Shown: positions 1 through 8,420 of the stretch, in pieces
Numbering within the stretch: the first letter of the stretch is position 1
Layout of the letters: each line of letters starts with the position of its first letter
Assembly (NCBI GenBank): GCA_035526335.1
Contig: DATLCN010000046.1
Location: forward strand, 45,251 to 109,250
Origin: Acidimicrobiales bacterium
GTDB taxonomy: Bacteria; Actinomycetota; Acidimicrobiia; Acidimicrobiales; GCA-2861595
Direction: 5' to 3'
DNA length: 64,000 nt
Notes under the pieces: generated by a model
Database searches by the model: none
Seen by the model: the letters and a program-made list of their open reading frames with translations, nothing else
Told to the model about the DNA's origin: nothing
Program-made: the position numbers and the translations under genes

Positions 1-91
1 CCCGGCGCGGTGTTGCGCTGCCGCCACCCACCTCACTAGCGTCCGAGCGGCCGTCCAGGCGCTTCCGGGTGGAAGTCTGGCGCTGCCTCCA

Positions 92-1219
92 ATGCCGAGA
101 ACTCGCCGACCGTGTTTCGCAGGCCTGGTCCTGATCCTCGTGCTCGTGCTGTCGGGTCCCGCCCTGGCCGGCGAGTCGCTGAGCAGCGCGCGCCAGAAGC
201 GGGAGGCCGCCCGCCAGAAGCGGGCCCAGCTGGCCACCCGCGTGAACGCCCTCCGGGCATCGGACGCGCAGCTCACGAACGCGGTCCGAGACCTGACCGC
301 TCAGGTTCGGGCCCAGCAGGCGAGTGCCGACACCGCCCGTCAGGCCGTGCAGGCCGCCCTGAGCGCCGTCGCAGACGCCGAGGGCCGCATCGCCACGACG
401 GAGAAGGAGGTGGTCACGCTCCGGACCGCGGTGGTGGACCGGGCCGTTTCGGCCTATGTCCGCCCCCAGCGCAGCAGCTTCGCCGACGTCATCGGAGCAA
501 GGGATATCGGCCAGGCCAGCCGGCGTAGCTCGATGCTGGCCCAGGTAACCAACCGGGACAGGGACGTGCTCGACCGGTTGAGGTCCTTGCGCCAGGACCT
601 CGACGAGGAGCAGGCCAGGGCGGCGCAGGCGCGGGATGTGGCGGCCGACCGACGCAAGGCCGTGCTGGCACGACTGTCCGGGCTCCAGACGGCGCGGATG
701 CAGAAGCAACGTCTCTCCGACGCCCTCGAAGCCCGGATCAAGGAGTACCAGGCGGAGGCGGACGAGGTCGCCCGCCAGGAGTCCGGACTCACCGCTCTCA
801 TCCGGTCGAAGGAGCGGGCGATCGACCCCGGAGTCGATGGCCGGATATCCGGGGCCGGCCTGGCCTGGCCGCTGCGCGGGCCGGTCACATCGGGGTTCGG
901 TCAGCGCTGGGGCCGCCTGCATGCCGGTATAGACATCGGCGCCGGCAGCGGCACTCCCATCCGCGCCGCCAAAGCCGGTGAGGTGATCTTCGCCGGGAGC
1001 TACAGCGGCTACGGCAACACCGTCATCATCAACCACGGCGGCGGCTTCACCACCCTCTACGCACACCAGAGCAGACTCGGAGCCGCCGACGGCGCCACCG
1101 TCTCACAGGGCCAGGTCATCGGTTACGTGGGTTCGACAGGCCATTCCACCGGCCCGCACCTGCATTTCGAGACACGGGTCAACGGCTCCCCCCAGAACCC
1201 ACGGCGGTACCTGCCGTGA
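92..1219 (+). CDS. Secreted M23-family peptidoglycan metalloendopeptidase with N-terminal coiled coil
   Basis: Signal-peptide-like N-terminus (LVLILVLVLSGPALAGE). Long Ala/Arg/Gln-rich coiled-coil region. C-terminal M23 motifs HAGIDIGAGSGTPI and GSTGHSTGPHLHFE. Confidence 0.85.
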   Translation: MPRTRRPCFAGLVLILVLVLSGPALAGESLSSARQKREAARQKRAQLATRVNALRASDAQLTNAVRDLTAQVRAQQASADTARQAVQAALSAVADAEGRIATTEKEVVTLRTAVVDRAVSAYVRPQRSSFADVIGARDIGQASRRSSMLAQVTNRDRDVLDRLRSLRQDLDEEQARAAQARDVAADRRKAVLARLSGLQTARMQKQRLSDALEARIKEYQAEADEVARQESGLTALIRSKERAIDPGVDGRISGAGLAWPLRGPVTSGFGQRWGRLHAGIDIGAGSGTPIRAAKAGEVIFAGSYSGYGNTVIINHGGGFTTLYAHQSRLGAADGATVSQGQVIGYVGSTGHSTGPHLHFETRVNGSPQNPRRYLP

Positions 1220-1241
1220 GGGGCGCCAGGGCCGGACGGCA

Positions 1242-2036
1242 GTGACCGCCGTTCGGCTCGTCGTGGTCGGTGGCGGGCGAATGGGCGAGGCCCTGGTCTC
1301 GGGGCTGCTGCGCGCGGGCTGGGCGCCGGCGGGGGAGCTGGCCGTGGTGGAGAAGCTGGAGGAGCGGCGGCGAAGACTCGAGGACCTTCTGCCCGGGGTG
1401 GCGATCGTCCCGGAAACTCCCGAGGCGACCGGCGCTGTGATAGCCGTCAAGCCCGGCGACGTGAAGGAGGCTTGCCGCCAGGTGGCAGGTGCCGGCGCGG
1501 TCCAGGCGTTGTCGATCGCCGCCGGCGTGAGGCTGTCCTCCCTCCAGGACTGGTTGGGCCAAGGCGTGCGGGTGGTGCGGGCCATGCCCAACACCCCGGC
1601 ACTGATCGGTCAGGGTGCCGCCGCGATCTCCGCCGGTCCCACCGCCGGTCCCGCCGATCTGAAGTGGGCGGAGGGGGTGCTCTCCGCGGTGGGCATCGTG
1701 GCGCGGGTGCCCGAGCACCTGCTGGATGCGGTCACAGGGCTCTCGGGTTCGGGCCCCGCCTACCTGTACGTCATGGCCGAGGCGCTCATAGACGCCGGCG
1801 TGCTGGCGGGGATTCCCCGTGGGACGAGCGTTGCGCTCGTGGTCCAGACGCTGGTGGGCGCCTCCCGGATGCTGGCCGAATCAGGCCAGGGGCCCGAAGC
1901 GCTCCGGGCCGCCGTCACCTCTCCTGGAGGAACCACCGCTGCCGGCCTTAGCGCCCTCGAGGAGCGGGGCGTGCGGGGCGCCTTCCTGGAGGCCGTGCAG
2001 GCGGCCACCGAGAGGTCCCGCCAGCTCGGCGGGTGA
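1242..2036 (+). CDS. proC: Pyrroline-5-carboxylate reductase
   Basis: N-terminal Rossmann segment VVVGGGRMGEAL. Conserved RAMPNTPALIGQGAAAIS and TSPGGTTAAGL motifs typical of ProC. Confidence 0.9.
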   Translation: MTAVRLVVVGGGRMGEALVSGLLRAGWAPAGELAVVEKLEERRRRLEDLLPGVAIVPETPEATGAVIAVKPGDVKEACRQVAGAGAVQALSIAAGVRLSSLQDWLGQGVRVVRAMPNTPALIGQGAAAISAGPTAGPADLKWAEGVLSAVGIVARVPEHLLDAVTGLSGSGPAYLYVMAEALIDAGVLAGIPRGTSVALVVQTLVGASRMLAESGQGPEALRAAVTSPGGTTAAGLSALEERGVRGAFLEAVQAATERSRQLGG

Positions 2037-2102
2037 CCGGCGGCCTCCTCCGGGACGCTCCCCGAAGATCCCACTTTCCACATCTCCCCCATTGGCGTAC
2101 AG

Positions 2103-2330
2103 TTGCCCCACGGGCGGAGAGGGGTGATTCCACTGGCAAGGGAAGAGCATGCGAAGGCCAAGTTCCTCACGGTCGCCGAGGTCGCAGAGGTCCTGCGCGT
2201 GTCGAACATGACCGTGTACCGCCTGATCGCGGCCGGCGATCTACCCGCCGTACGGGTCGGGAAGTCCTACCGCCTCCGCGAGGACGACGTCGACAAGTAC
2301 CTCGGCGACCGCTACACCGAGGCCGGATAA
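2103..2330 (+). CDS. Small excisionase/MerR-type helix-turn-helix DNA-binding protein (Rv0500A-like, conserved downstream of proC in actinobacteria)
   Basis: LTVAEVAEVLRVSNMTVYRLIAAGDLPAVRVGKSYRL is a classic excisionase-family HTH. It lies immediately downstream of proC. The exact start is uncertain. Confidence 0.75.
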   Translation: MPHGRRGVIPLAREEHAKAKFLTVAEVAEVLRVSNMTVYRLIAAGDLPAVRVGKSYRLREDDVDKYLGDRYTEAG

Positions 2331-2355
2331 CCCAAACCTGTAGCGTCCGTCCCCC

Positions 2356-3171
2356 ATGACGAGGCGCCACGACACCGTCTCCTTCCTGTCCGACTTCGGA
2401 TTGGACGACGAGTTCGCAGGGGTGGTCCGTTCGGTGATCCGGTCACTCGCACCGCACGCGACGGTCATCGACATCACCCACGGGGTTCCCGCCCATGACG
2501 TGCGGGCCGGCAGCCTCGCCCTGGTCCGGAGCGTGCAGTACCTCGCCCCCGGGGTGGTCCTGGCCGTGGTCGACCCCGGTGTGGGCACCGAACGGCGTGC
2601 CGTGGGCGTCGAGGTGGGCACCGAGGGTGAAGCCGTCTTCGTCGGCCCGGACAACGGGTTGCTCGCCGGCGCCGTGGCCATGGTCGGAGGTGCCACCCGT
2701 GCCGTCGAACTCACCACCACCGAGTTTCATCTGCCGGCGCCCGGGGCCACGTTCGCCGGCAGGGACGTCTTCGCCCCTGTCGTGGGCCACCTGTGCAGCG
2801 GCGTGGACCTGGCCGAGTTCGGCCCACCGATCGACCCGATCACCCTCCGTCCGGGACTTCTACCCCTGAGCCGCACCGAGGAGGGAAAGCTGGTCAGCGA
2901 GGTGCTGTGGGTCGACCGCTTCGGCAACGCGCAGCTCAACGTCGATCCAGGTGACATCGCGGCCATGGGAGACCGGATCTCCCTGCGTTGGGGCATAGGT
3001 CAGGTCCGCACTGGCCGGCTCGCCGGCAACTACGCGGAGCTCAACGCGGGGGAGGTCGGACTGGTCGTCGATTCGTATGGCCTGGTGTCGGTCGCCCTCG
3101 ACCGCCAGTCGGCGGCCGACGAGCTGAAGTTGCGTCCCGGCGACGCGGTCAGCCTGGAGGCGGCATCATGA
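2356..3171 (+). CDS. SAM hydroxide adenosyltransferase / SAM-dependent chlorinase-fluorinase family (DUF62) protein
   Basis: Family-typical motifs: SFLSDFGLDDEFAG, VVDPGVGTERR, GPDNGLL and FAGRDVFAPV. Confidence 0.8.
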   Translation: MTRRHDTVSFLSDFGLDDEFAGVVRSVIRSLAPHATVIDITHGVPAHDVRAGSLALVRSVQYLAPGVVLAVVDPGVGTERRAVGVEVGTEGEAVFVGPDNGLLAGAVAMVGGATRAVELTTTEFHLPAPGATFAGRDVFAPVVGHLCSGVDLAEFGPPIDPITLRPGLLPLSRTEEGKLVSEVLWVDRFGNAQLNVDPGDIAAMGDRISLRWGIGQVRTGRLAGNYAELNAGEVGLVVDSYGLVSVALDRQSAADELKLRPGDAVSLEAAS

Positions 3172-3972
3172 GGCGCGGAACGACGATCGCGCTGGTTCTG
3201 CTGCTGGCGCTGATCCTCGGTTCGGCTCTCGTGCAGTTCCTGTTCCTGGGGCATTGATCCGTCCGGCCGACTCCGCCGCTTGCGCCAGCGGTGCCGCCGC
3301 CCCCGGGGGAGACCGCCTCCTGTCCGTGGTGGCCAGAAGGAACCCGGCGAACAGGAGGGTGATGCCGGCGACAAGGGCGACGGCGAACCCGGTCATCTCG
3401 TCGAGCACCGAGTTGAGCAGGCCGCTCGCACCGCTCACCAGCACGCCGGCGGCGATCGTCAGGTTGGCCAGCACGAGCCGCGCCGGGCGGACCCGCACAG
3501 CGCTCCAGACCGCGCCGGCCAGCACCACCAGTGCGCCGGCGCCCGAGGCCACGGCGGCGAGGATCCGGGGCAACGGCCCGAATACCTCGGATCCCTGCGC
3601 CAGCTCCGTCGCCGGCAACGCCGCCGTGAACGGCGCCACCGCCACGACGCCGGCGGCGAAGGCGCAGAAGACGGTGACACCTACCGCGACACGGTCGCCT
3701 CGCCTCGGGCCGGCCAGCAGGTAGATGGTCCCGAGGGCCAGCAAGGGCACGTTGAGGATGGCCCCGAACAGGTAGAAAAGGCGGAAGGTCACCGCGTTCC
3801 ACCCCAGAGCGGCACCGGCGGCGAGAGCGCCAGCGCCCAGGCAGAACATTGCGAGTGCCACGCTCCAGGCCAGCTCGTGCGGGCGTCGCCGCACCAACCA
3901 TCTCTCGAAGGTCGACATGGCGAAGGCGAGGGCGATGAGGGCAGCGGCCGCGGCAAGGGCGGTGTGCAGCAT
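3166..3972 (-). CDS. Polytopic integral membrane protein, unknown function
   Basis: About 8 hydrophobic Ala/Leu/Gly-rich segments. The C-terminal 40-50 aa are low-complexity and may be read-through to the first stop. Confidence 0.55.
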   Translation of the reverse strand: MLHTALAAAAALIALAFAMSTFERWLVRRRPHELAWSVALAMFCLGAGALAAGAALGWNAVTFRLFYLFGAILNVPLLALGTIYLLAGPRRGDRVAVGVTVFCAFAAGVVAVAPFTAALPATELAQGSEVFGPLPRILAAVASGAGALVVLAGAVWSAVRVRPARLVLANLTIAAGVLVSGASGLLNSVLDEMTGFAVALVAGITLLFAGFLLATTDRRRSPPGAAAPLAQAAESAGRINAPGTGTAREPNRGSAPAAEPARSSFRAS

Positions 3973-4009
3973 CGACCGAAGCGTACGGCCTCGAGATGTG
4001 GCATCAGAG

Positions 4010-4031
4010 GCCGGCGCCGGCCGGCGCCGGC
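4010..4031 (-). terminator. Perfect 22-bp GC palindrome directly after the PAS-PP2C-HATPase stop codon
   Basis: GCCGGCGCCGGCCGGCGCCGGC is its own reverse complement. It begins 3 nt 3' of the stop. No U-tract follows. Confidence 0.35.
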
Positions 4032-4033
4032 AG

Positions 4034-5716
4034 TCAGGCCGACTCGGGCGGCACGAGAAGCTCGAACCAGACCCGCTTGCCCTCGGGCAGGAGAGTCACC
4101 CCCCATTCCTCGGCCATGGCCTCCACCAGGATCAGGCCCCGCCCGCCAGTGTCGTCGTTGCTGGGGGTTCGCGGTTGTGGTTCCAGGCTGGAGGAGTCGT
4201 CCACCTCGATCCGGATCCGGTCTCCGACGTAGCGGACCACGACGGTGAACGCCGAGCGGGCGTGGCGGACGGCGTTGGTGGTCAGCTCGCTGGTGAGCAG
4301 CTCGACTGGGCCTTCGGTCAGCTCGGGCATGCGCCAGCTCAGCAGCACCCCGGTGACGAAGCGGCGGGCCTTGCCGGAGCTCGAAGGGTGGACGGGCAGC
4401 TTGACCCGCGCTTCGCGAGGCGGCAACGGCCGTCGCTCCCGGGGCTCGGGAACGTCCGGATCGAGTGGCTGCCTCGCCGAGGTGGACTTCTCCGCCGAAC
4501 CGGTGGCCTGCAGGAGGCGCAGGGCCGGATTCTGGCTGGCGTCGTCGGGTACCCGCACCACGAGGACGGCGATGTCGTCGTGGGCCGCTCCGCCGGCGAA
4601 GGCGAGGCTCTCCTCCACCAGCCGTCCCGCTATCACGTCCGCCGCTTCGCCCGCGCAGTCGAGCAGCAAGGTGTAGAGCCGCTCCTCGCCGAACATCCCC
4701 CCGGTGGGACTGCGGGATTCGGCGATTCCGTCGGTGCAGAACACCAGGGCGTCGCCAGGCCCCAGGCCCACCTGGTCGTCGGCCAGCTCTGGGTCCTCGA
4801 ACAGCCCGATCAGGGTTCCAGGATGTCCTCTCACGTCGAGCCAGCCCGCCCGCCGGACGACCAGCGGCCGGGGATGACCTCCTGACGCCAGCGTGATCCA
4901 GGCACCGCAGCGGTCCAGTTCCAGACGGCCGTAGATCACGCTGCAGAAGCAGCTGTCGTGTTCGGGCTCGGCCAGGAGCGCTGCGTTCAGCTCCCGAAGC
5001 ACGGCTGACGGCTCGGGGTGGTGGACCGCCGCGGCCCGCAGCGTGTAGCGGGTCAGCGCGGTCAGCGCGGCGGCGGCGGCGCCCTTGCCACAGACGTCTC
5101 CGATCACCACGCCCCACTCGTTGGTGCCGAGGCGGAAGACATCGAAGAAGTCCCCACCGACGGCGAGGTTGGTGCGGTCGGCAGGCCGGTAGCGGGTGGC
5201 GAGTTCCATCCCCGGCACCTCCGGCGGCCGCGGGGGCAGGAGGCTGGCCTGGAGCGTCACGGCCAGCTCACGCAGCTCCGCCTGTGTGCGCATCTGGTCG
5301 GTGACGTCCCGGAAGTACCAGGCGTACCCCAGGTACCGCCCCTGCGGGTCGTACAGCGGCGCTCCGTAGCGGTCGAGGACCCGGTTGCTGGCGAGGAGGA
5401 CCTGGTCCCGGCACGGCACACGCTCGGCGTAGGCGTGGCGCACCTTGGTTATGAACTCCTCCGGGTCGGCGACGCGAGCCAGTGCGGCTTCGAGCGCCAC
5501 CTCGTCGTCCTTCGTGTCGATCACGGCTTCGGGAAAGCCCCACACCTCGGCGAACCGGCGGTTGGTGGCCACCATCTCGCCGTCGGGCGAAACGACGAGC
5601 ATGCCATCGGGACTCGCCTCGGCCTGAGCGAGGGCCATGGCGAGCTGGGACCGAACGTCCTCCTGGAGGAGCCGAAGGCTGCTCGACTTGCCCCCTTCGA
5701 GGTCGAAGTCGTACAT
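4034..5716 (-). CDS. PAS sensor / PP2C (SpoIIE-type) phosphatase / HATPase_c (RsbW-like anti-sigma kinase) fusion protein
   Basis: N-terminal PAS-like region (MLVVSPDGEMVATNRRFAEVWGF). PP2C motifs GGDFFDV, VIGDVCGKG, LVFCTDGI and DDIAVLVV. C-terminal LTSELTTNAVRHA...DTGGRGLILVEA ATPase. Start set at ATG 5716, because the longer ORF to 6508 is antisense to rex. Confidence 0.8.
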   Translation of the reverse strand: MYDFDLEGGKSSSLRLLQEDVRSQLAMALAQAEASPDGMLVVSPDGEMVATNRRFAEVWGFPEAVIDTKDDEVALEAALARVADPEEFITKVRHAYAERVPCRDQVLLASNRVLDRYGAPLYDPQGRYLGYAWYFRDVTDQMRTQAELRELAVTLQASLLPPRPPEVPGMELATRYRPADRTNLAVGGDFFDVFRLGTNEWGVVIGDVCGKGAAAAALTALTRYTLRAAAVHHPEPSAVLRELNAALLAEPEHDSCFCSVIYGRLELDRCGAWITLASGGHPRPLVVRRAGWLDVRGHPGTLIGLFEDPELADDQVGLGPGDALVFCTDGIAESRSPTGGMFGEERLYTLLLDCAGEAADVIAGRLVEESLAFAGGAAHDDIAVLVVRVPDDASQNPALRLLQATGSAEKSTSARQPLDPDVPEPRERRPLPPREARVKLPVHPSSSGKARRFVTGVLLSWRMPELTEGPVELLTSELTTNAVRHARSAFTVVVRYVGDRIRIEVDDSSSLEPQPRTPSNDDTGGRGLILVEAMAEEWGVTLLPEGKRVWFELLVPPESA

Positions 5717-5782
5717 GTACCAGCAAGGGTACAGCGGCTCGCCTGGCGGGGGGTTACGGCGGGTGGACGGACGCTGGTGCCT

Positions 5783-5800
5783 TTGTGAAGAACTGCACGA
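5783..5800. promoter_or_regulatory. Candidate Rex operator (ROP) upstream of rex
   Basis: TTGTGAAgaacTGCACGA compared with the Rex consensus TTGTGAA-N4-TTCACAA. The left half matches 7/7 and the right half 5/7. It lies 19 bp upstream of the rex ATG, in the 102-bp divergent intergenic region. Confidence 0.55.
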
Positions 5801-5818
5801 GCCCGTACCATTGGGTGC

Positions 5819-6544
5819 ATGGCCGACCGCGCTCCCCGGCGTGTCCCCGAGGCGACGGTGGCCCGCCTTCCCCTCTACCTTCGGAGCCTGCTCGAGGTCG
5901 GTGAGTCGAACACCGCCACCATCTCGTCGGAACGGTTGGCGGAGATGGCCGGCGTCAACGCGGCGAAGGTCCGCAAGGACCTCTCGTACCTGGGCTCGTA
6001 CGGCACGCGCGGGGTCGGCTACGACGCCCAGTACCTGCTGTACCAGATCAGCCGGGAGCTCGGCCTGACCCAGGACTGGCCGGTGGCGATCGTGGGGCTG
6101 GGCAACCTCGGCCGCGCACTGGCCAACTACCGCGGCTTTCTCGCCCGCGGGTTCCACGTGGCGGCGTTGGTCGACTCCGACCCGGCCAAGGTGGGCACCT
6201 TCATCGGTGACCTCGAGGTCGGACACGTCGACGAAATGGCGGCGATAGCGGCGATGCACCGGGTGGCCATCGCCATCATCGCCACCCCGGCCGCCGCCGC
6301 TCAGGAGGTCACCGACCTGCTGGTGGACGCCGGTGTCGGTTCCATCCTCAACTTCGCGCCGGTGGTCCTGAACGTGCCCGCCCACGTCTCGCTCCGCAAG
6401 GTGGACCTGTCGATAGAGCTGCAGATCCTGTCCTTCTACCAGCAACGCCAGGCCGGCCTCGTGCCTCTGGAGGGGCCGCTGGTTGTGCCCGTGGACGGTG
6501 AGGTCCACCCTCCGGGGCCCGGTGGGCGGCTGGCACCCATCTGA
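5819..6544 (+). CDS. rex: Redox-sensing transcriptional repressor Rex
   Basis: ARLPLYLRSL...ISSERLAEMAGVNAAKVRKDLSYLGSYGTRGVGY winged helix. Rossmann segment VAIVGLGNLGRALANY. Confidence 0.9.
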   Translation: MADRAPRRVPEATVARLPLYLRSLLEVGESNTATISSERLAEMAGVNAAKVRKDLSYLGSYGTRGVGYDAQYLLYQISRELGLTQDWPVAIVGLGNLGRALANYRGFLARGFHVAALVDSDPAKVGTFIGDLEVGHVDEMAAIAAMHRVAIAIIATPAAAAQEVTDLLVDAGVGSILNFAPVVLNVPAHVSLRKVDLSIELQILSFYQQRQAGLVPLEGPLVVPVDGEVHPPGPGGRLAPI

Positions 6545-7173
6545 TGCCGGTGACCGTGCCGATGTACCCCGTCAATTTGGTCCTGGAGGGGCGCAAATGC
6601 CTCGTGGTCGGCGCCGGAGCAGTGGCCGCGCACAAGATCGAGGGCCTCCTCGCCTGTGGCGCCCGCGTGCACGTGGTGGCCCCCGAGGTGGCCCCGGCGG
6701 TGAAGGGGCTGGCCGGCATCACGGTCGAGCGCAGGCCCTACCGGCGTGGTGAGGTGGGCGGTTACCGGCTGGCCGTGGCCGCCACGGGCGATCCGGCCGT
6801 GAACGCCACGGTGCTGGCCGACGGTGAGGATTCAGGCGTGTGGGTCAACGCGGCCGACGACACCGACAACTGCTCGTTCACTCTGCCCGCCGTGGTGCGC
6901 CGGGGGCCGGTGATGATCGCAGTGTCCACCGGCGGCTACAGCCCGGCCCTGGCGCGATGGCTGAAGGAGAGGGTGGCGGCACTGGTCGGTCCCGAGTACG
7001 AGGTGCTGGCCGAGCTCCTTTCGGCGGAGCGGGATGCGATCCGGGCTTCCGGGCGTTCCACTGAAGGGCTGAATTGGCAGAGTGCCCTGGAATCAGACAT
7101 GCTCGATCTCATACGGGCCGGACAGGTCCGAGAAGCCAAGGAGCGCCTTCAGGCGTGTCTGTCGTCGTCGTAG
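6544..7173 (+). CDS. Precorrin-2 dehydrogenase / sirohydrochlorin ferrochelatase (SirC / CysG N-terminal domain type)
   Basis: LEGRKCLVVGAGAVAAHKIEGLL NAD-binding fold. Size and position upstream of hemA match siroheme synthase N-domain homologs. Confidence 0.75.
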   Translation: MPVTVPMYPVNLVLEGRKCLVVGAGAVAAHKIEGLLACGARVHVVAPEVAPAVKGLAGITVERRPYRRGEVGGYRLAVAATGDPAVNATVLADGEDSGVWVNAADDTDNCSFTLPAVVRRGPVMIAVSTGGYSPALARWLKERVAALVGPEYEVLAELLSAERDAIRASGRSTEGLNWQSALESDMLDLIRAGQVREAKERLQACLSSS

Positions 7174-8420
7174 GTCTCAACCATCGCACCGTTCCCCTCG
7201 AGATCCTCGAGGGGGTGACGGTGAACGAGGTCGCCCTGCCCAAGGCTCTCGCCTCGCTGGGCTCGCGGGAGAACCTGAGCGAGGTGATCATCCTTTCCAC
7301 GTGCATGCGCACGGAGGCTTACATCGTGGCCGAGCGCTTCCACACCGCGCTGGCCGAGGTCCGGGATTTTTTCGCCGACATCAGCTCGATTCCGGCCGAA
7401 CGGTTCTCCGACCACCTCTACTCGTACTACGAGGACAACGTCGGCGCTCATCTGTTCCGGGTGGCCTCCGGTCTCGATTCCGCAGTGGTCGGTGAGAGCG
7501 AGATCCTGGGGCAGGTGCGCGCCGCCTGGGAGCTGGCCGCGGCCGAGGGGTCCGCCGGCCCGGTCCTGGGAGCGCTGTTCCGCCACGCCCTGGAGGTGGG
7601 AAAGCGGGCCCGGACGGAGACGGCCATCGGCCGGGGTACCACGTCGGTCTCGCAGGCCGCGGTGGAGATGGCGGCCCAGCGCCTGGGCACGCTCGAGGGA
7701 CGGCGGGTCCTGGTGCTCGGCGCCGGGGACATGGGTGAGGGAATGACGGTCGCCCTTGGCGCCTCCCCCAACGTGGGAGAGCTGACCGTGGCGAACCGCA
7801 CCTGGGCCAAGGCTGTATCGCTGGCCGAGCGGGCCGGCGGCCGGCCCGTGCCTTTCGCCGACCTGCGGCCGGCGCTGGAGCAGGCCGACGTGCTCCTCAC
7901 TTCCACCGGCGCCCCTTCCGTGCTGCTGACCGCGGAGGACCTGGCGCCGGTGATGGCGGCCCGGCCAGAACGTCCCCTGCTGGTGGTGGACATCGCCGTA
8001 CCCCGTGACGTGGAGGCGGGAGTGGCCGACCTTCCCGGCGTGACCCTTCTCGACATGGACGATTTGAAGGCCTTCGCCGAGGCCGGCCTGGCCGGCCGGC
8101 GACGCGAGGTGGCGAGCGTGGAGGCCATCGTCGTCGACGAGCTGGAGCGGTACCGGGCCACGTCCACCGCCCGGCAACTGGCCCCGCTGGTCGTCGCACT
8201 GCGCCAGCGCGGCGAGGCGTTGCGGATGGCGGAGCTGGAGCGATCCCGCTCCCGTCTCGGTGACCTGGACGAGCGCCAGCGTGAGGCGGTCGACGCCCTC
8301 ACCAAGGCTCTGTTGGCCAAGCTGCTGCACGAGCCGACCGTGCGCCTGAAGGAGGCCGCCGGAACGCCGCGTGGCGACCGCCTGGCCGAGGCGCTACGGG
8401 CCCTGTTCGATCTGTCGTAG
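7155..8420 (+). CDS. hemA: Glutamyl-tRNA reductase
   Basis: VVGLNHRTVPLEILE, LSTCMRTE (catalytic Cys) and VLVLGAGDMGE. GTG start at 7155 chosen, overlapping the upstream stop by 19 nt. Confidence 0.9.
   Translation: MSVVVVGLNHRTVPLEILEGVTVNEVALPKALASLGSRENLSEVIILSTCMRTEAYIVAERFHTALAEVRDFFADISSIPAERFSDHLYSYYEDNVGAHLFRVASGLDSAVVGESEILGQVRAAWELAAAEGSAGPVLGALFRHALEVGKRARTETAIGRGTTSVSQAAVEMAAQRLGTLEGRRVLVLGAGDMGEGMTVALGASPNVGELTVANRTWAKAVSLAERAGGRPVPFADLRPALEQADVLLTSTGAPSVLLTAEDLAPVMAARPERPLLVVDIAVPRDVEAGVADLPGVTLLDMDDLKAFAEAGLAGRRREVASVEAIVVDELERYRATSTARQLAPLVVALRQRGEALRMAELERSRSRLGDLDERQREAVDALTKALLAKLLHEPTVRLKEAAGTPRGDRLAEALRALFDLS

Noticed and set aside
5717-6508. N-terminal 264-aa extension of the 824-aa ORF 4034-6508 (minus strand).
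   Set aside because: The extension is antisense to the well-supported rex gene and is rich in Arg/Gly/His/Val, as expected of an out-of-frame GC-rich reading. It has no domain-like sequence. The PAS domain begins right after the internal ATG at 5716.
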